64,000 nt of DNA from IMG/VR virus record IMGVR_UViG_3300047557_002530; one strand, given 5' to 3'. A program made the translations under genes and the position numbers. Numbering within the stretch: the stretch's first letter is position 1; the number at the start of each line of letters is the position of its first letter. The notes beneath the pieces are model-generated. The model ran no database searches. It saw only the letters and a list, made by a program, of their open reading frames with translations, and was not told the DNA's origin. Positions 53,487-62,147 of this stretch are shown one piece after another. Source of the stretch: a virus. Taxonomy: Duplodnaviria > Caudoviricetes.

Positions 53487-54533
53487 ATGAAACGAATTGG
53501 ATTTCTTTACGAAAAAATCTATTCATTTGAAAATCTTCTAACTGCATATGAAAATGCAAAAAGAAATAAAAAACACTATAAACAAGTTCAAGAGTTTGAA
53601 AAAGAAAATGTAGAACAAAAACTTTTAGAACTTCAACAAATACTTATTAACCAACAATATAAGAGTTCACAATATCGTACATTTAATATTATAGAAAGAG
53701 GTAAAGAAAGGACAATATATTCACTTCCTTTTTATCCGGACAGAATTGTTCATCACGCAATTGTTCAAGTACTTGCTCCTATTTGGATTAAGAGTTTCAT
53801 TAGAGACACTTATGCATCTATACCAAATAGAGGAATACACGACGCAGTAAAAAGAATACAAAAAATCAAACATAACTGGAAAAATCACTATGTTCTTAAG
53901 TGTGATATTTCCAAGTTTTACCCATCCGTAAATCATCAAGTATTAAAAAATATACTAAAATTAAAAATTAAAGATAAAAAACTAATAACACTATTAGAAG
54001 AAATTATAGACTCCGAAGAAGGTATACCTATTGGAAACTATCTTTCGCAATATTTTGGTAACATTATTCTTTCTCCACTAGATCATTATATCAAAGAAGT
54101 CCTAAAAGTCAAATACTACTATCGTTATTGTGACGATTTTGTTTTAATTCATTCAAACAAAAGACACTTACACTACCTTAAAAATAAAATAAATGAATAT
54201 GTAGCAACACTCAATCTTAAATTAAAATCAAATTGGCAAGTATATCCAATAGAATCAAGAGGACTTGATTTTGTTGGATATGTCTTTTATGTATCTCACA
54301 CAATCATAAGAAAAAATAATATTCAAAGATATAAAAAACGAATTAAATATAGAAAATATAATTTAATATCCAACATAATCATTCTAAATCATATCAAATG
54401 TTTCAAAGGTTGGAAAAAATATGCAAACACAAGAAATCTAAATAATACTATAGAAACTCCAAGATACTTCAATGTCCAATCATATTTTAGTCAATTACGG
54501 AGGAGACTGTCCAGAGATACAAAAGTATCGTGA
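53487..54533 (+). CDS. DGR reverse transcriptase
   Basis: GKERTI; PFYPDRIVHHA; KCDISKFYPSV; GIPIGNYLSQYFGN; YYRYCDD; LDFVGY. Confidence 0.96.
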   Translation: MKRIGFLYEKIYSFENLLTAYENAKRNKKHYKQVQEFEKENVEQKLLELQQILINQQYKSSQYRTFNIIERGKERTIYSLPFYPDRIVHHAIVQVLAPIWIKSFIRDTYASIPNRGIHDAVKRIQKIKHNWKNHYVLKCDISKFYPSVNHQVLKNILKLKIKDKKLITLLEEIIDSEEGIPIGNYLSQYFGNIILSPLDHYIKEVLKVKYYYRYCDDFVLIHSNKRHLHYLKNKINEYVATLNLKLKSNWQVYPIESRGLDFVGYVFYVSHTIIRKNNIQRYKKRIKYRKYNLISNIIILNHIKCFKGWKKYANTRNLNNTIETPRYFNVQSYFSQLRRRLSRDTKVS

Positions 54534-54876
54534 TGGTTGGTTAGTTCCTGTAAATATAACAGAAACAACTCGTGAAGATAGTTCTGTTTCTTATGATGCT
54601 TATCAGGTATTTGTACCAGTTCTCACAGAACATGAACTTGAAAAAGCATTTGGAGACCTTAAAGACTTATATCCAGAAGACTTTAAGAAAGCAGCATTTT
54701 ATCATATAAGACAAAAGAGAGACCAATTACTTGTAGAAACTGATTGGTTAATCACAAAAGCAAAAGAAACAGGAACTAATATTCCAGCAGCACTTAAAGA
54801 ATATCGTCAAGCATTAAGAGACCTTCCCGATACTTATGAGAGTGCTGATGATGTAGTGTTTCCAGTGAAACCATAA
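54472..54876 (+). CDS. Phage tail-fibre assembly chaperone-like protein
   Basis: IRQKRDQLLVETDW...EYRQALRDLP...FPVKP; overlaps the RT 3' end. Confidence 0.75.
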   Translation: MSNHILVNYGGDCPEIQKYRDGWLVPVNITETTREDSSVSYDAYQVFVPVLTEHELEKAFGDLKDLYPEDFKKAAFYHIRQKRDQLLVETDWLITKAKETGTNIPAALKEYRQALRDLPDTYESADDVVFPVKP

Positions 54877-54933
54877 GACACTCCAAAAACTGTCACATAA
54901 ACCTCCCAGAACACAACTAGGAGGTTTTATAAT
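54877..54933 (+). promoter_or_regulatory. Promoter/stem-loop cassette (copy 2)
   Basis: GACA-N10-TGTC dyad; aacctcc/ggaggtt stem; TATAAT at 54928. Confidence 0.65.
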
Positions 54934-54955
54934 ATCTGGAGACACACGAAAACCG

Positions 54956-55060
54956 ATGAGGTTCTCCAACCTGGACAGATTACTCTTTATAATTTCTTTT
55001 ATGACTTTTATGAATTGGTGTGTTAGGATCTGTAACGTAGCAATCAACGCAGTATTCTGA
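54956..55060 (+). CDS. Small hydrophobic peptide (34 aa)
   Basis: MRFSNLDRLLFIISFMTFMNWCVRICNVAINAVF; TGATG coupling. Confidence 0.45.
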   Translation: MRFSNLDRLLFIISFMTFMNWCVRICNVAINAVF

Positions 55061-55497
55061 TGCTTACATTATATACCAGTGGATACGCTTATAGCAAGCG
55101 TCGCTGTGAATCAATTGTAAACTGGTTCATTTCCAAACATCTTCCAAGACATCATCTTGAGATTGTTGTCAATCATCGCGGTATGTTGCGCGATGGTGTT
55201 TATGGTTGGGTTGGAGTGACTGATTGTGATTGGCGTCCAAGATCTTTTGAGATTGAACTACACAATCAGTTGAGTCCAGAACATTACGCCGTAGTCCTCC
55301 TACACGAACTCTGGCACGTAAATCAACACGTCAAGGGTGCTCTAAGGGATAAGTATGGAAGGAGGCACTGGAGGGGCATAGAGCACTCAGATACTGACTA
55401 TTCTGAGCAACCTTGGGAACTACAAGCATTTCAAATGGAAGCGGTTCTTTATGAAGAATTCCTAAACCACTTGACAGACACCCAACAATCCCTGTAG
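55060..55497 (+). CDS. Zincin-like metallopeptidase
   Basis: VLLHELWHVNQ (HExxH); QPWELQAF. Confidence 0.75.
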   Translation: MLTLYTSGYAYSKRRCESIVNWFISKHLPRHHLEIVVNHRGMLRDGVYGWVGVTDCDWRPRSFEIELHNQLSPEHYAVVLLHELWHVNQHVKGALRDKYGRRHWRGIEHSDTDYSEQPWELQAFQMEAVLYEEFLNHLTDTQQSL

Positions 55498-55548
55498 ACT
55501 ACCTTTGTTGGGTTTGATGACGATCATCTAAACACTTTCAAAAACACA

Positions 55549-55749
55549 ATGAAAACCAAGAAAAAACTTATCAACATTCAACCAAAGAGTTCAAAGGCTA
55601 AGAACAGATTTGTGAATCAAATGGATAAACTTCATGCAATGGAGGTAGAACAAGAGACTGAGACTCAACTCTTTGTTGTTTCTATTAATCGTAAGTATTG
55701 TTTTTGGATGAATAAAGAAAACGATCCTCATTGGGAGGTGATTAAGTGA
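55549..55749 (+). CDS. Hypothetical protein
   Basis: TTGACA...TAGACT promoter upstream. Confidence 0.65.
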   Translation: MKTKKKLINIQPKSSKAKNRFVNQMDKLHAMEVEQETETQLFVVSINRKYCFWMNKENDPHWEVIK

Positions 55750-56057
55750 TTGGATTGATTGCAGCACTTACTTGTGGAATTTCTACATACTATGGTGTCG
55801 GAGATGGATTTCATGGAAAAGTTACTGCAAATGGTGAGCGGTTTGACGCTTATCGTTGGACTGCAGCTCATCCTTATCTACCTATGGGTTCACGCATACG
55901 GGTAACGAATCAAGATAACGGTAAACAAGTTATCGTTCGCGTAAATGATCGTGGACCCTATTCTCATGCGGATCTAGATCTTTCTTATGCTGCTTTTGCT
56001 CACATTCAATCTGTAAAAAAAGGTAACGCTGTCGTTTGTTGGAGGGTTGTTGGATGA
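55746..56057 (+). CDS. RlpA-like (DPBB) lytic transglycosylase/expansin-like protein
   Basis: TANGERFD...TAAHPYLPMGS..RVTN..NGK.V.VRVNDRGP. Confidence 0.85.
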   Translation: MIGLIAALTCGISTYYGVGDGFHGKVTANGERFDAYRWTAAHPYLPMGSRIRVTNQDNGKQVIVRVNDRGPYSHADLDLSYAAFAHIQSVKKGNAVVCWRVVG

Positions 56058-56407
56058 AAAAACTGATTGTTTTTGCTGCACTTCTGTTCTCTTCTCCTGT
56101 CTTTGCTCAGGAAACACATCGTCCATTTCGTTATGAAACTGCATGTGGAATTGAAACTCCCACAGAATTTTTTGAAGATACCTGTGTTGTAATTGAAACA
56201 AGGGAACCTAGTGGGGCACTTCGCACTCGTAATGTATTCTCTAATAAACATCGTCTGACAATTAAAGGGCGTTTTGATAAAGAAAAAGGTTATATGACTT
56301 GGGATAGCCATAATCAAAGAGAATATAAGTGGGAATATAAACTTGGTGGAAGTGGTTGGACGTACATTATGCCTGGGGTACTTTTGGAGAACGTTAGCTG
56401 GGATTAG
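56054..56407 (+). CDS. Secreted hypothetical protein
   Basis: Signal peptide MKKLIVFAALLFSSPVFA. Confidence 0.65.
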   Translation: MKKLIVFAALLFSSPVFAQETHRPFRYETACGIETPTEFFEDTCVVIETREPSGALRTRNVFSNKHRLTIKGRFDKEKGYMTWDSHNQREYKWEYKLGGSGWTYIMPGVLLENVSWD

Positions 56408-56440
56408 TCTATTAAATAGTAATCAAATACAAAAGTAAAA

Positions 56441-56614
56441 ATGAACGAAGAATCTCAAATCGACAAGTGGAATCGTGGAGTAACTCTTTTTGAGGAAAGT
56501 GTATTGAAACCTGATTCAGAACTTCGTAACTGTGCTCACAATCAACTTTGTTTTCATGAGTTGATGGCAGTTCGTGAACAAGTGCTACAATATCTTAAGA
56601 CTTTAAGACAATGA
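56441..56614 (+). CDS. Small hypothetical protein (57 aa)
   Basis: MNEESQIDKWNRGVTLFEESVLKPD..., read manually. Confidence 0.55.
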   Translation: MNEESQIDKWNRGVTLFEESVLKPDSELRNCAHNQLCFHELMAVREQVLQYLKTLRQ

Positions 56615-56847
56615 ATTCTACATACATATATTTCATTATTTTCTTTTGTATTGCTTACTTGATTGTCACAGACCAATCTGTAGCGAGGGCATTCTATATG
56701 CTTACTCAACTGGCAAAAGTAGAATATGAGAAAGTTAAGTGGTGGATTTTGCACAATCCTGCAAATCCAATCGTCAAGTATCTTATTTGGCGTAAATCCA
56801 TAAAAATGGCAGAAGAACTTATGAAAGAATTTGAGGACAAAACCTGA
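56611..56847 (+). CDS. Membrane-anchored hypothetical protein
   Basis: N-terminal TM; WWILHNPANPIVKYLIWR. Confidence 0.6.
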   Translation: MNSTYIYFIIFFCIAYLIVTDQSVARAFYMLTQLAKVEYEKVKWWILHNPANPIVKYLIWRKSIKMAEELMKEFEDKT

Positions 56848-56892
56848 ACTGGCACAAGACCCCTTGATTTTTCTGTCAGGGGGTTTTATAGT
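56835..56892 (+). promoter_or_regulatory. Promoter/stem-loop cassette (copy 3)
   Basis: GACA..ACTGGCACA; acccc-ttga/tca-ggggg stem; TTGATT-17 nt-TATAGT. Confidence 0.65.
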
Positions 56893-56914
56893 AAGTACGT
56901 ACAAATTCAGAACA

Positions 56915-57481
56915 ATGACCTACACAGCAAAACTCAAAGTTTCTTTTGATACTGAATGGACTCCTACTTATGGTGGGTCTGGAATTTATGATGATGACAC
57001 TCTTCCAGAAGAGCATTATACTTTTGAGATTCCTTGCGAAGATATTAACACCATTCAACTATTTCGTTTCTTTGGTACGATTGCTCGTGCAATGGGACAT
57101 AATGAAATCGGTATTATGAAAGGTGCTTGTTCGCTTGCATTTAATGATATGCGTAGTGAAGAAGATATGAAAAAGATTGCTTATGAATTTGATCTTAAAC
57201 TCTCTGAAGAGTATTCAAAAGAATTTTCTGAGATGCAAGATGAGATTTATGATTTGAAAGCAAAACTGTCACGTTGCCAGCAACCTGATAATCCACAATA
57301 TACTGAAGAAGAAATGGAAGCAATGACATCCGAGCAGTATAAAGGATGGAGTGGTCTTGTTCCTGGTTCTTCTGAAGCAGTTGAAAAAGGTTGCAAATGT
57401 CCTGTAATGGATAATGAAGATATGCCCGATGGTCGCAAATGGGTGAATGGTGATTGTCCTCTTCATGGTAAAGCAAAATGA
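56915..57481 (+). CDS. Hypothetical early protein
   Basis: ATG behind the cassette; C-terminal CKCPVMDN...CPLHG. Confidence 0.65.
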   Translation: MTYTAKLKVSFDTEWTPTYGGSGIYDDDTLPEEHYTFEIPCEDINTIQLFRFFGTIARAMGHNEIGIMKGACSLAFNDMRSEEDMKKIAYEFDLKLSEEYSKEFSEMQDEIYDLKAKLSRCQQPDNPQYTEEEMEAMTSEQYKGWSGLVPGSSEAVEKGCKCPVMDNEDMPDGRKWVNGDCPLHGKAK

Positions 57482-57756
57482 AACTCATTCAATTTGGTGT
57501 AAGAAACGATTATGGAAAAGAGTATTATATGACTCTTTGTACTGGAAAACGATATTCACTTTTTCAGGCTGCCATTGATGTAGGAGAACTTTCTAAATGG
57601 AATGAACCACCATACATTCAGATTTCTTCTGGTTATGGGAAACTTTTTTCTTTTCTCTTCACAATTTCTAAATTTGGATTTTGCTTTGATTTATTTGGTC
57701 GCAACTGGAGAGACGAACTTTTTTATTCTCAACCAAACGAAATTACTAAAGACTAA
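57478..57756 (+). CDS. Hypothetical early protein
   Basis: ATGA-coupled; resembles ORF 58321-58590. Confidence 0.6.
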   Translation: MKLIQFGVRNDYGKEYYMTLCTGKRYSLFQAAIDVGELSKWNEPPYIQISSGYGKLFSFLFTISKFGFCFDLFGRNWRDELFYSQPNEITKD

Positions 57757-57759
57757 ACT

Positions 57760-58050
57760 ATGAGTTTTTCGAAGACTGTTTCAATTTTTGCTGCACTCGC
57801 TAGTATTTTTGGTGCTGGTATTACTGGTTGGAAACTTGCTGAAGAAAGTAAAAATCCACCCCCAGTAGAAGCACCAAGTATTAATGCATTTGAAGAAAAG
57901 ATTAGTGAACTTGAAAAACAAATTGAAGAAACTAAAAAACCAGTTGAGCAAGTGACACAACCTCAAGTCCAAGAAGTTCAACAACCTGTTATACTACCTC
58001 CTGTAGCACCACCAGCGCCACCCCAAGTACCAACGGAGGCACAACCATGA
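57760..58050 (+). CDS. Membrane-anchored Pro-rich protein
   Basis: N-terminal TM, coiled coil, Pro-rich tail. Confidence 0.6.
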   Translation: MSFSKTVSIFAALASIFGAGITGWKLAEESKNPPPVEAPSINAFEEKISELEKQIEETKKPVEQVTQPQVQEVQQPVILPPVAPPAPPQVPTEAQP

Positions 58051-58334
58051 GCGGCGGACATTTTGGCGATTGCGGTTACGATTACTACAAGGTAGCACAG
58101 TTTGCTGATGAGTTGGAAGTAGAAATCCAAAACAACAACAAAAAACTAGATGAGTATGAGTATGCTCCCAATTTTTCACCAGAAACTATCAAATATTTGA
58201 GGAAGCAACTTCGTCTGATGCGTAAGGTATCAGAAATTATGAGACACGTGGACTATTTGTATAGTGGAGACCACGGAGAGGATAGTTTCATGGCTCGTGT
58301 AAAAGAGGTGGAGGAAAAATATGAAACTCTTTGA
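58047..58334 (+). CDS. Hypothetical early protein
   Basis: MSGGHF...DYLYSGDHGEDSF. Confidence 0.65.
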   Translation: MSGGHFGDCGYDYYKVAQFADELEVEIQNNNKKLDEYEYAPNFSPETIKYLRKQLRLMRKVSEIMRHVDYLYSGDHGEDSFMARVKEVEEKYETL

Positions 58335-58590
58335 TTATGAAACCTACGAGGACTTTGGAAAAGAATGGTTCTTCCAAGTCCTTAGATTCCAAAAGTTTGC
58401 TCTACTTGATATTACAGTCCAGTGGGATGATTTTGGTTCCGATGCCATCCTCCCAGAATTTTCTTTGTGCATCAGTTCGGGTTTTTTGCTTGGATTTTTT
58501 ATTCAATACAAACGATTTCAATTTTATTTGGATGTAATTACTGCTCGCCCTAGGGATTTGCAATGGTACAGGAGAAATCACGATGACTGA
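58321..58590 (+). CDS. Hypothetical early protein
   Basis: Overlapping ORF chain. Confidence 0.6.
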   Translation: MKLFDYETYEDFGKEWFFQVLRFQKFALLDITVQWDDFGSDAILPEFSLCISSGFLLGFFIQYKRFQFYLDVITARPRDLQWYRRNHDD

Positions 58591-58909
58591 CATTTCTAAA
58601 CTTTCTTTCAAAGAACTTCAACAACTTGAAAGGCAGATTGGTGAACGCAAAGAGGTATTGTGCAAGTCAAAGGATTGTGTTGAAGGGTATAAAGTAACTT
58701 TCTGTGTGAAGTTCAATCCTGCTAAACACGAATTTGATGAATTGAATAGTCCAGAAGAGTTTGGTGATTACTTGGCAAATGATGTAGCAAATTACATTAT
58801 TAAAGATGGTTTTCCTGATTTGATTGTGAGCGGTTTTGAAGTTGAAGAGATGAATGACGAGTATAAGGTAGAGTGGAAGGACTTTTGGGAGGATGGAAAT
58901 GACAACTAG
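58583..58909 (+). CDS. Hypothetical early protein
   Basis: Overlapping ORF chain. Confidence 0.6.
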   Translation: MTDISKLSFKELQQLERQIGERKEVLCKSKDCVEGYKVTFCVKFNPAKHEFDELNSPEEFGDYLANDVANYIIKDGFPDLIVSGFEVEEMNDEYKVEWKDFWEDGNDN

Positions 58910-59090
58910 AGCACTGCAAATCTTGGAATGCACGATGGAACTCTCTATGAGACCCAAAAGTAAAGATAGGCAGAAGTTGATTGCCCGTGTAATCAATGAA
59001 GTTGCTGATAGGTTATGTACTGATTGTGGTGAACTTGAAGACCCTGTATCTGTGTTGCGTGAAATTGCTAATGAGGTAGAAGCATTATGA
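58893..59090 (+). CDS. Hypothetical early protein
   Basis: Overlapping ORF chain. Confidence 0.55.
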   Translation: MEMTTRALQILECTMELSMRPKSKDRQKLIARVINEVADRLCTDCGELEDPVSVLREIANEVEAL

Positions 59091-59335
59091 GTAGAAAAAA
59101 CCGAGCACAACAAGTAATGAATGAGTATTATGCTAAGTTGGGTCCAGGTCCATATTACTATGATAACTCTGCCGTTGCTACTGCTCTTCGTGAAGCAGTT
59201 AAAGGTCTCAATATTGAACCAGACCCTGACCGAGAGTTGAGTGCGGAAAAACATCATTTCATCAAAGGACAAAACTGGGTAAAGGATGCTATACTGCGTC
59301 TTGCTAATGAGTTGGAGAATACTGATGAAATTTGA
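59087..59335 (+). CDS. Hypothetical early protein
   Basis: ATGA-coupled. Confidence 0.6.
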   Translation: MSRKNRAQQVMNEYYAKLGPGPYYYDNSAVATALREAVKGLNIEPDPDRELSAEKHHFIKGQNWVKDAILRLANELENTDEI

Positions 59336-59546
59336 CCCAGATTGGATGTTTTTGACTATCCCTGTTTGTGTAATCGTTGCTGCTGGTGTTCTCACCTATG
59401 ATGCTCAACAACAACGAATAACATTCCAACAAACATACAATAAGAACTTGGAGTGTCGTCAATCACTCAAAACCCAAACGATGGTAAGAGTGAATGATAT
59501 TTGTGGTCCTGTTCCACAAATCAAAGATTTTACTGGAGGAAACTAA
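59325..59546 (+). CDS. Small membrane protein A1 (paralog of 59909-60127)
   Basis: DWMFLTIP...VLTYDAQQQR..FQQTYNKNLECRQ. Confidence 0.7.
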   Translation: MKFDPDWMFLTIPVCVIVAAGVLTYDAQQQRITFQQTYNKNLECRQSLKTQTMVRVNDICGPVPQIKDFTGGN

Positions 59547-59547
59547 A

Positions 59548-59745
59548 ATGAATGATAATGATGATTTCTTTGGAATTATTGTTCTATTTGTTCTTATTGC
59601 GTCTTTTATGGGTATGTTGGTATTTGCTCACGGAGAAGGATATAAAAGGGGAGTGGATGAAACTCTTGTTTTGTGTATGGAAAACGCAAAGGATTGTAAA
59701 ATCAAGTATGATTATTTGAAGTTGGAGGAGCAGAAGGGATTATGA
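59548..59745 (+). CDS. Small membrane protein B1 (paralog of 60124-60324)
   Basis: TM segment followed by C.E..K.CKI.YDYLKL. Confidence 0.65.
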   Translation: MNDNDDFFGIIVLFVLIASFMGMLVFAHGEGYKRGVDETLVLCMENAKDCKIKYDYLKLEEQKGL

Positions 59746-59912
59746 TATTAAAAATTCTCAAGTTCTTATTCTCAAGAGAAATTGAAGTTGCTCCTGGAGT
59801 TTTTTGGTTAGGTGGAGTATTATATGAGAACCGCAACAAACCAACAACACCACGACCACTCAAATGGAGAACAGCACCATATGTAAATGTAAAGGAGATT
59901 GAAAAACTATGA
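59742..59912 (+). CDS. Small hypothetical protein (56 aa)
   Basis: ATGA-coupled on both sides. Confidence 0.5.
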   Translation: MILKILKFLFSREIEVAPGVFWLGGVLYENRNKPTTPRPLKWRTAPYVNVKEIEKL

Positions 59913-60127
59913 AATTTGAAGGATTTGATTGGGTATTTTTGACTATCCCTATTTTTATAATCGTTGCTGCTGCTGTGCTTACCTATGATGCTCAACAACA
60001 ACGAGTATTATTCCAACAAACATACAATAAAAACGTGGAGTGTCGTCAAGCACTCAAAGACCAAACAGTAGTAAGAGTGAATGAGATTTGTGGTGAAGTT
60101 CCTGTGATTGGAGATTTTGTGAAATGA
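59909..60127 (+). CDS. Small membrane protein A2
   Basis: DWVFLTIP...VLTYDAQQQR..FQQTYNKNVECRQ. Confidence 0.7.
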   Translation: MKFEGFDWVFLTIPIFIIVAAAVLTYDAQQQRVLFQQTYNKNVECRQALKDQTVVRVNEICGEVPVIGDFVK

Positions 60128-60324
60128 TTGAACCAGGTATTATTATTCCTTTTATATTGGGTATTCCAACGATTGCTACTGTGATATTCTTTCTTGGTTT
60201 CAATATCGGTGGGCATAATGGTATGAGTGTAGGAAAGAATGAGGGTATTGTGTATTGCATAGAGAAACCAAAAGAGTGTAAGATTTCTTATGATTACCTG
60301 AAACTTCAAGAGAACCAGAAATGA
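60124..60324 (+). CDS. Small membrane protein B2
   Basis: TM segment followed by CIEKPKECKISYDYLKL. Confidence 0.65.
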   Translation: MIEPGIIIPFILGIPTIATVIFFLGFNIGGHNGMSVGKNEGIVYCIEKPKECKISYDYLKLQENQK

Positions 60325-60602
60325 ACCAAATACTTGAAGGTTGGAAAATGGTTCTCAAAGATTATCGGCACTGGAAAATGATAATCAAATATCCTTATGA
60401 TGCTTTTGATTGTGCTGTTTTCTTTGGTAATCTTGCTCAACCACCAAACTCACTTGATGATTATATCAAAGAATTGAAAGAACTTGACCCAGATTGGGAG
60501 AAGAATTATTATGATAATCTCTGGGTTCTTTATGATGGTATTGAGGAACGAATGGAAGAAACAGATAAGTTGCTTGAAGAAGTTGATGAGATATTGAAAT
60601 AA
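60321..60602 (+). CDS. Hypothetical early protein
   Basis: ATGA-coupled. Confidence 0.6.
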   Translation: MNQILEGWKMVLKDYRHWKMIIKYPYDAFDCAVFFGNLAQPPNSLDDYIKELKELDPDWEKNYYDNLWVLYDGIEERMEETDKLLEEVDEILK

Positions 60603-60604
60603 CT

Positions 60605-60787
60605 ATGACTGACCTTACACCAGAACAAGTTGAGTTTTTACAAGGCAAACTAAAATCTCAACTTGAGTTTGCCGATTTACTCAAAAAACTCAATCAAAAC
60701 GACCCTGAAACGCAAGAAAATCTTTCAAGATTAGAAAAAGATATTCAACTACTTCAAACTAAATTAAACTTGGAGAAACTGAAATGA
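60605..60787 (+). CDS. Small coiled-coil protein
   Basis: Operon chain. Confidence 0.55.
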   Translation: MTDLTPEQVEFLQGKLKSQLEFADLLKKLNQNDPETQENLSRLEKDIQLLQTKLNLEKLK

Positions 60788-61035
60788 AACTCACACGAAT
60801 AATCTTTGATAAATGGAAAATCTGGATGACCCTTCCAGATAGAACTCTAATGTGGGCACTCAAAAGCAAAGAGAACTTGGGGTTTTATGATTGGTATTGT
60901 ATGAATTTCTGGTGGTGTCTCAATCACGATTGGTATAAGATGAATAACAAAATGTATGCCTATACTGGTTGTGAAGACCCTTATACTGAACCCAGAGATT
61001 TTGATGATTATGAAGAGTATTGGAGTGAAAAATGA
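60784..61035 (+). CDS. Trp-rich hypothetical protein
   Basis: ATGA-coupled. Confidence 0.55.
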   Translation: MKLTRIIFDKWKIWMTLPDRTLMWALKSKENLGFYDWYCMNFWWCLNHDWYKMNNKMYAYTGCEDPYTEPRDFDDYEEYWSEK

Positions 61036-61205
61036 TTGAACTTCGTATCGTTGAGAATGAACTGGGAGTGAAACCAGATATTCAGTATCGTTTTATGTTG
61101 TTTTCTGTTGGTCAGGGTGGTTATTTGTGCCCACCAAATCCTGATATGAAATGGTCTGAATGGAGAACTGCCGAATATGTGAAGGCAGAGGAGATTGAAG
61201 AATGA
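61032..61205 (+). CDS. Small hypothetical protein (57 aa)
   Basis: MIELRIVENELGVKPDIQYR..., read manually. Confidence 0.5.
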   Translation: MIELRIVENELGVKPDIQYRFMLFSVGQGGYLCPPNPDMKWSEWRTAEYVKAEEIEE

Positions 61206-61339
61206 GTATTCTTGAAGATTTTAGAACTTGGTTGTGGATTATGAAAAATAACTATAATCCACATATGAGTGAATATTTTTTCAATCGTGTTGGTTCTAAC
61301 CTTCCAGAACAAACATTTATAAAAGCAGAGGACACTTGA
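61202..61339 (+). CDS. Small hypothetical protein (45 aa), stop codon inside the cassette
   Basis: Ends AEDT* within GAGGACACTTGA. Confidence 0.45.
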   Translation: MSILEDFRTWLWIMKNNYNPHMSEYFFNRVGSNLPEQTFIKAEDT

Positions 61340-61386
61340 AGAACTGGCACAAGACCCACCATCCAGACCTCTGGGTGGTGTATAAT
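61331..61386 (+). promoter_or_regulatory. Promoter/stem-loop cassette (copy 4)
   Basis: GACACTTGAAGAACTGGCACA; ccacc/ggtgg stem; TATAAT at 61381. Confidence 0.7.
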
Positions 61387-61412
61387 AGTAGGAACAACAA
61401 AGGATAACTCCA

Positions 61413-61622
61413 ATGATTACCGAAGAACAAATCCTTGAACTTGCTTCATCATATTTGAGAGAACTGTATTCTGGTGATGTTGGTGATGTAGTGTGGCAAC
61501 CTTTACGAGAAGATGCTCTTTTGAAATTTGCTCAACGAGTTGCTGAAATTGAATATGAAAGAGGTTATACTGATGGTTGGGATAGAGAAAAATATTCTGG
61601 ACTTGTAGGAGACCCACAATGA
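61413..61622 (+). CDS. Hypothetical early protein (paralog of 63267-63437)
   Basis: EEQILELA...LLKFAQ...YERGYTDG. Confidence 0.6.
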   Translation: MITEEQILELASSYLRELYSGDVGDVVWQPLREDALLKFAQRVAEIEYERGYTDGWDREKYSGLVGDPQ

Positions 61623-61928
61623 TTGAAATTCAAAAGAACTACAAACTCACACTCACAGAGCAACAAGCAAAAGAACTCTACTGGATTTTGAAAGATGTAA
61701 ATTTGGATGTTGATAATGAGTTGAAACTTGTTTATCACGAACTCAAAAAGCTCTTTGATAGTGGTATCCGATGAAACACATTATTTCTTTTTTACTTAAA
61801 TTTCCACTTTACTATGTGGTAATAAATGGTCTTGTAGCACTCACAGGACTTTCAATTTGGTGGTGTATTCCAATCTGCACCGTGATTGGTTTGTCTTATG
61901 ATATTGGTGAGATGGTGAGGAAAAGGCA

Positions 61929-62147
61929 ATGAAAAAGTATCGTATCAAAAAACAAACTTATGGTGACACTACAAAGTATTTTCCACAAGAGAAATTTTTG
62001 TATTCTTGGTATAATATCTTTGCCTATGAGGTTTATTTTGATGGTGGATATGATACTCTAGAAGAAGCACGGAAACGGCTTTGTGAGTATTGTAGAAAAC
62101 CTGTGGTAGAATATCTGAACTTTGACCCTAATGAGGACTGTAAATGA
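61929..62147 (+). CDS. Hypothetical early protein
   Basis: MKKYRIKK...YFPQEK. Confidence 0.6.
   Translation: MKKYRIKKQTYGDTTKYFPQEKFLYSWYNIFAYEVYFDGGYDTLEEARKRLCEYCRKPVVEYLNFDPNEDCK

Larger units (their letters stand above)
52908..54533 (+). mobile_element. Diversity-generating retroelement (VR, TR, spacer, RT)
   Basis: VR/TR pair differing only at TR adenines; adjacent RT with DGR-type motifs. Confidence 0.95.

Noticed and set aside
53487-54533. Retron, group II intron or Abi-type RT
   Set aside because: The adjacent adenine-specific TR/VR pair, SQ motif and small size indicate a DGR RT; no maturase/endonuclease domain or VTG-type retron motif is seen.
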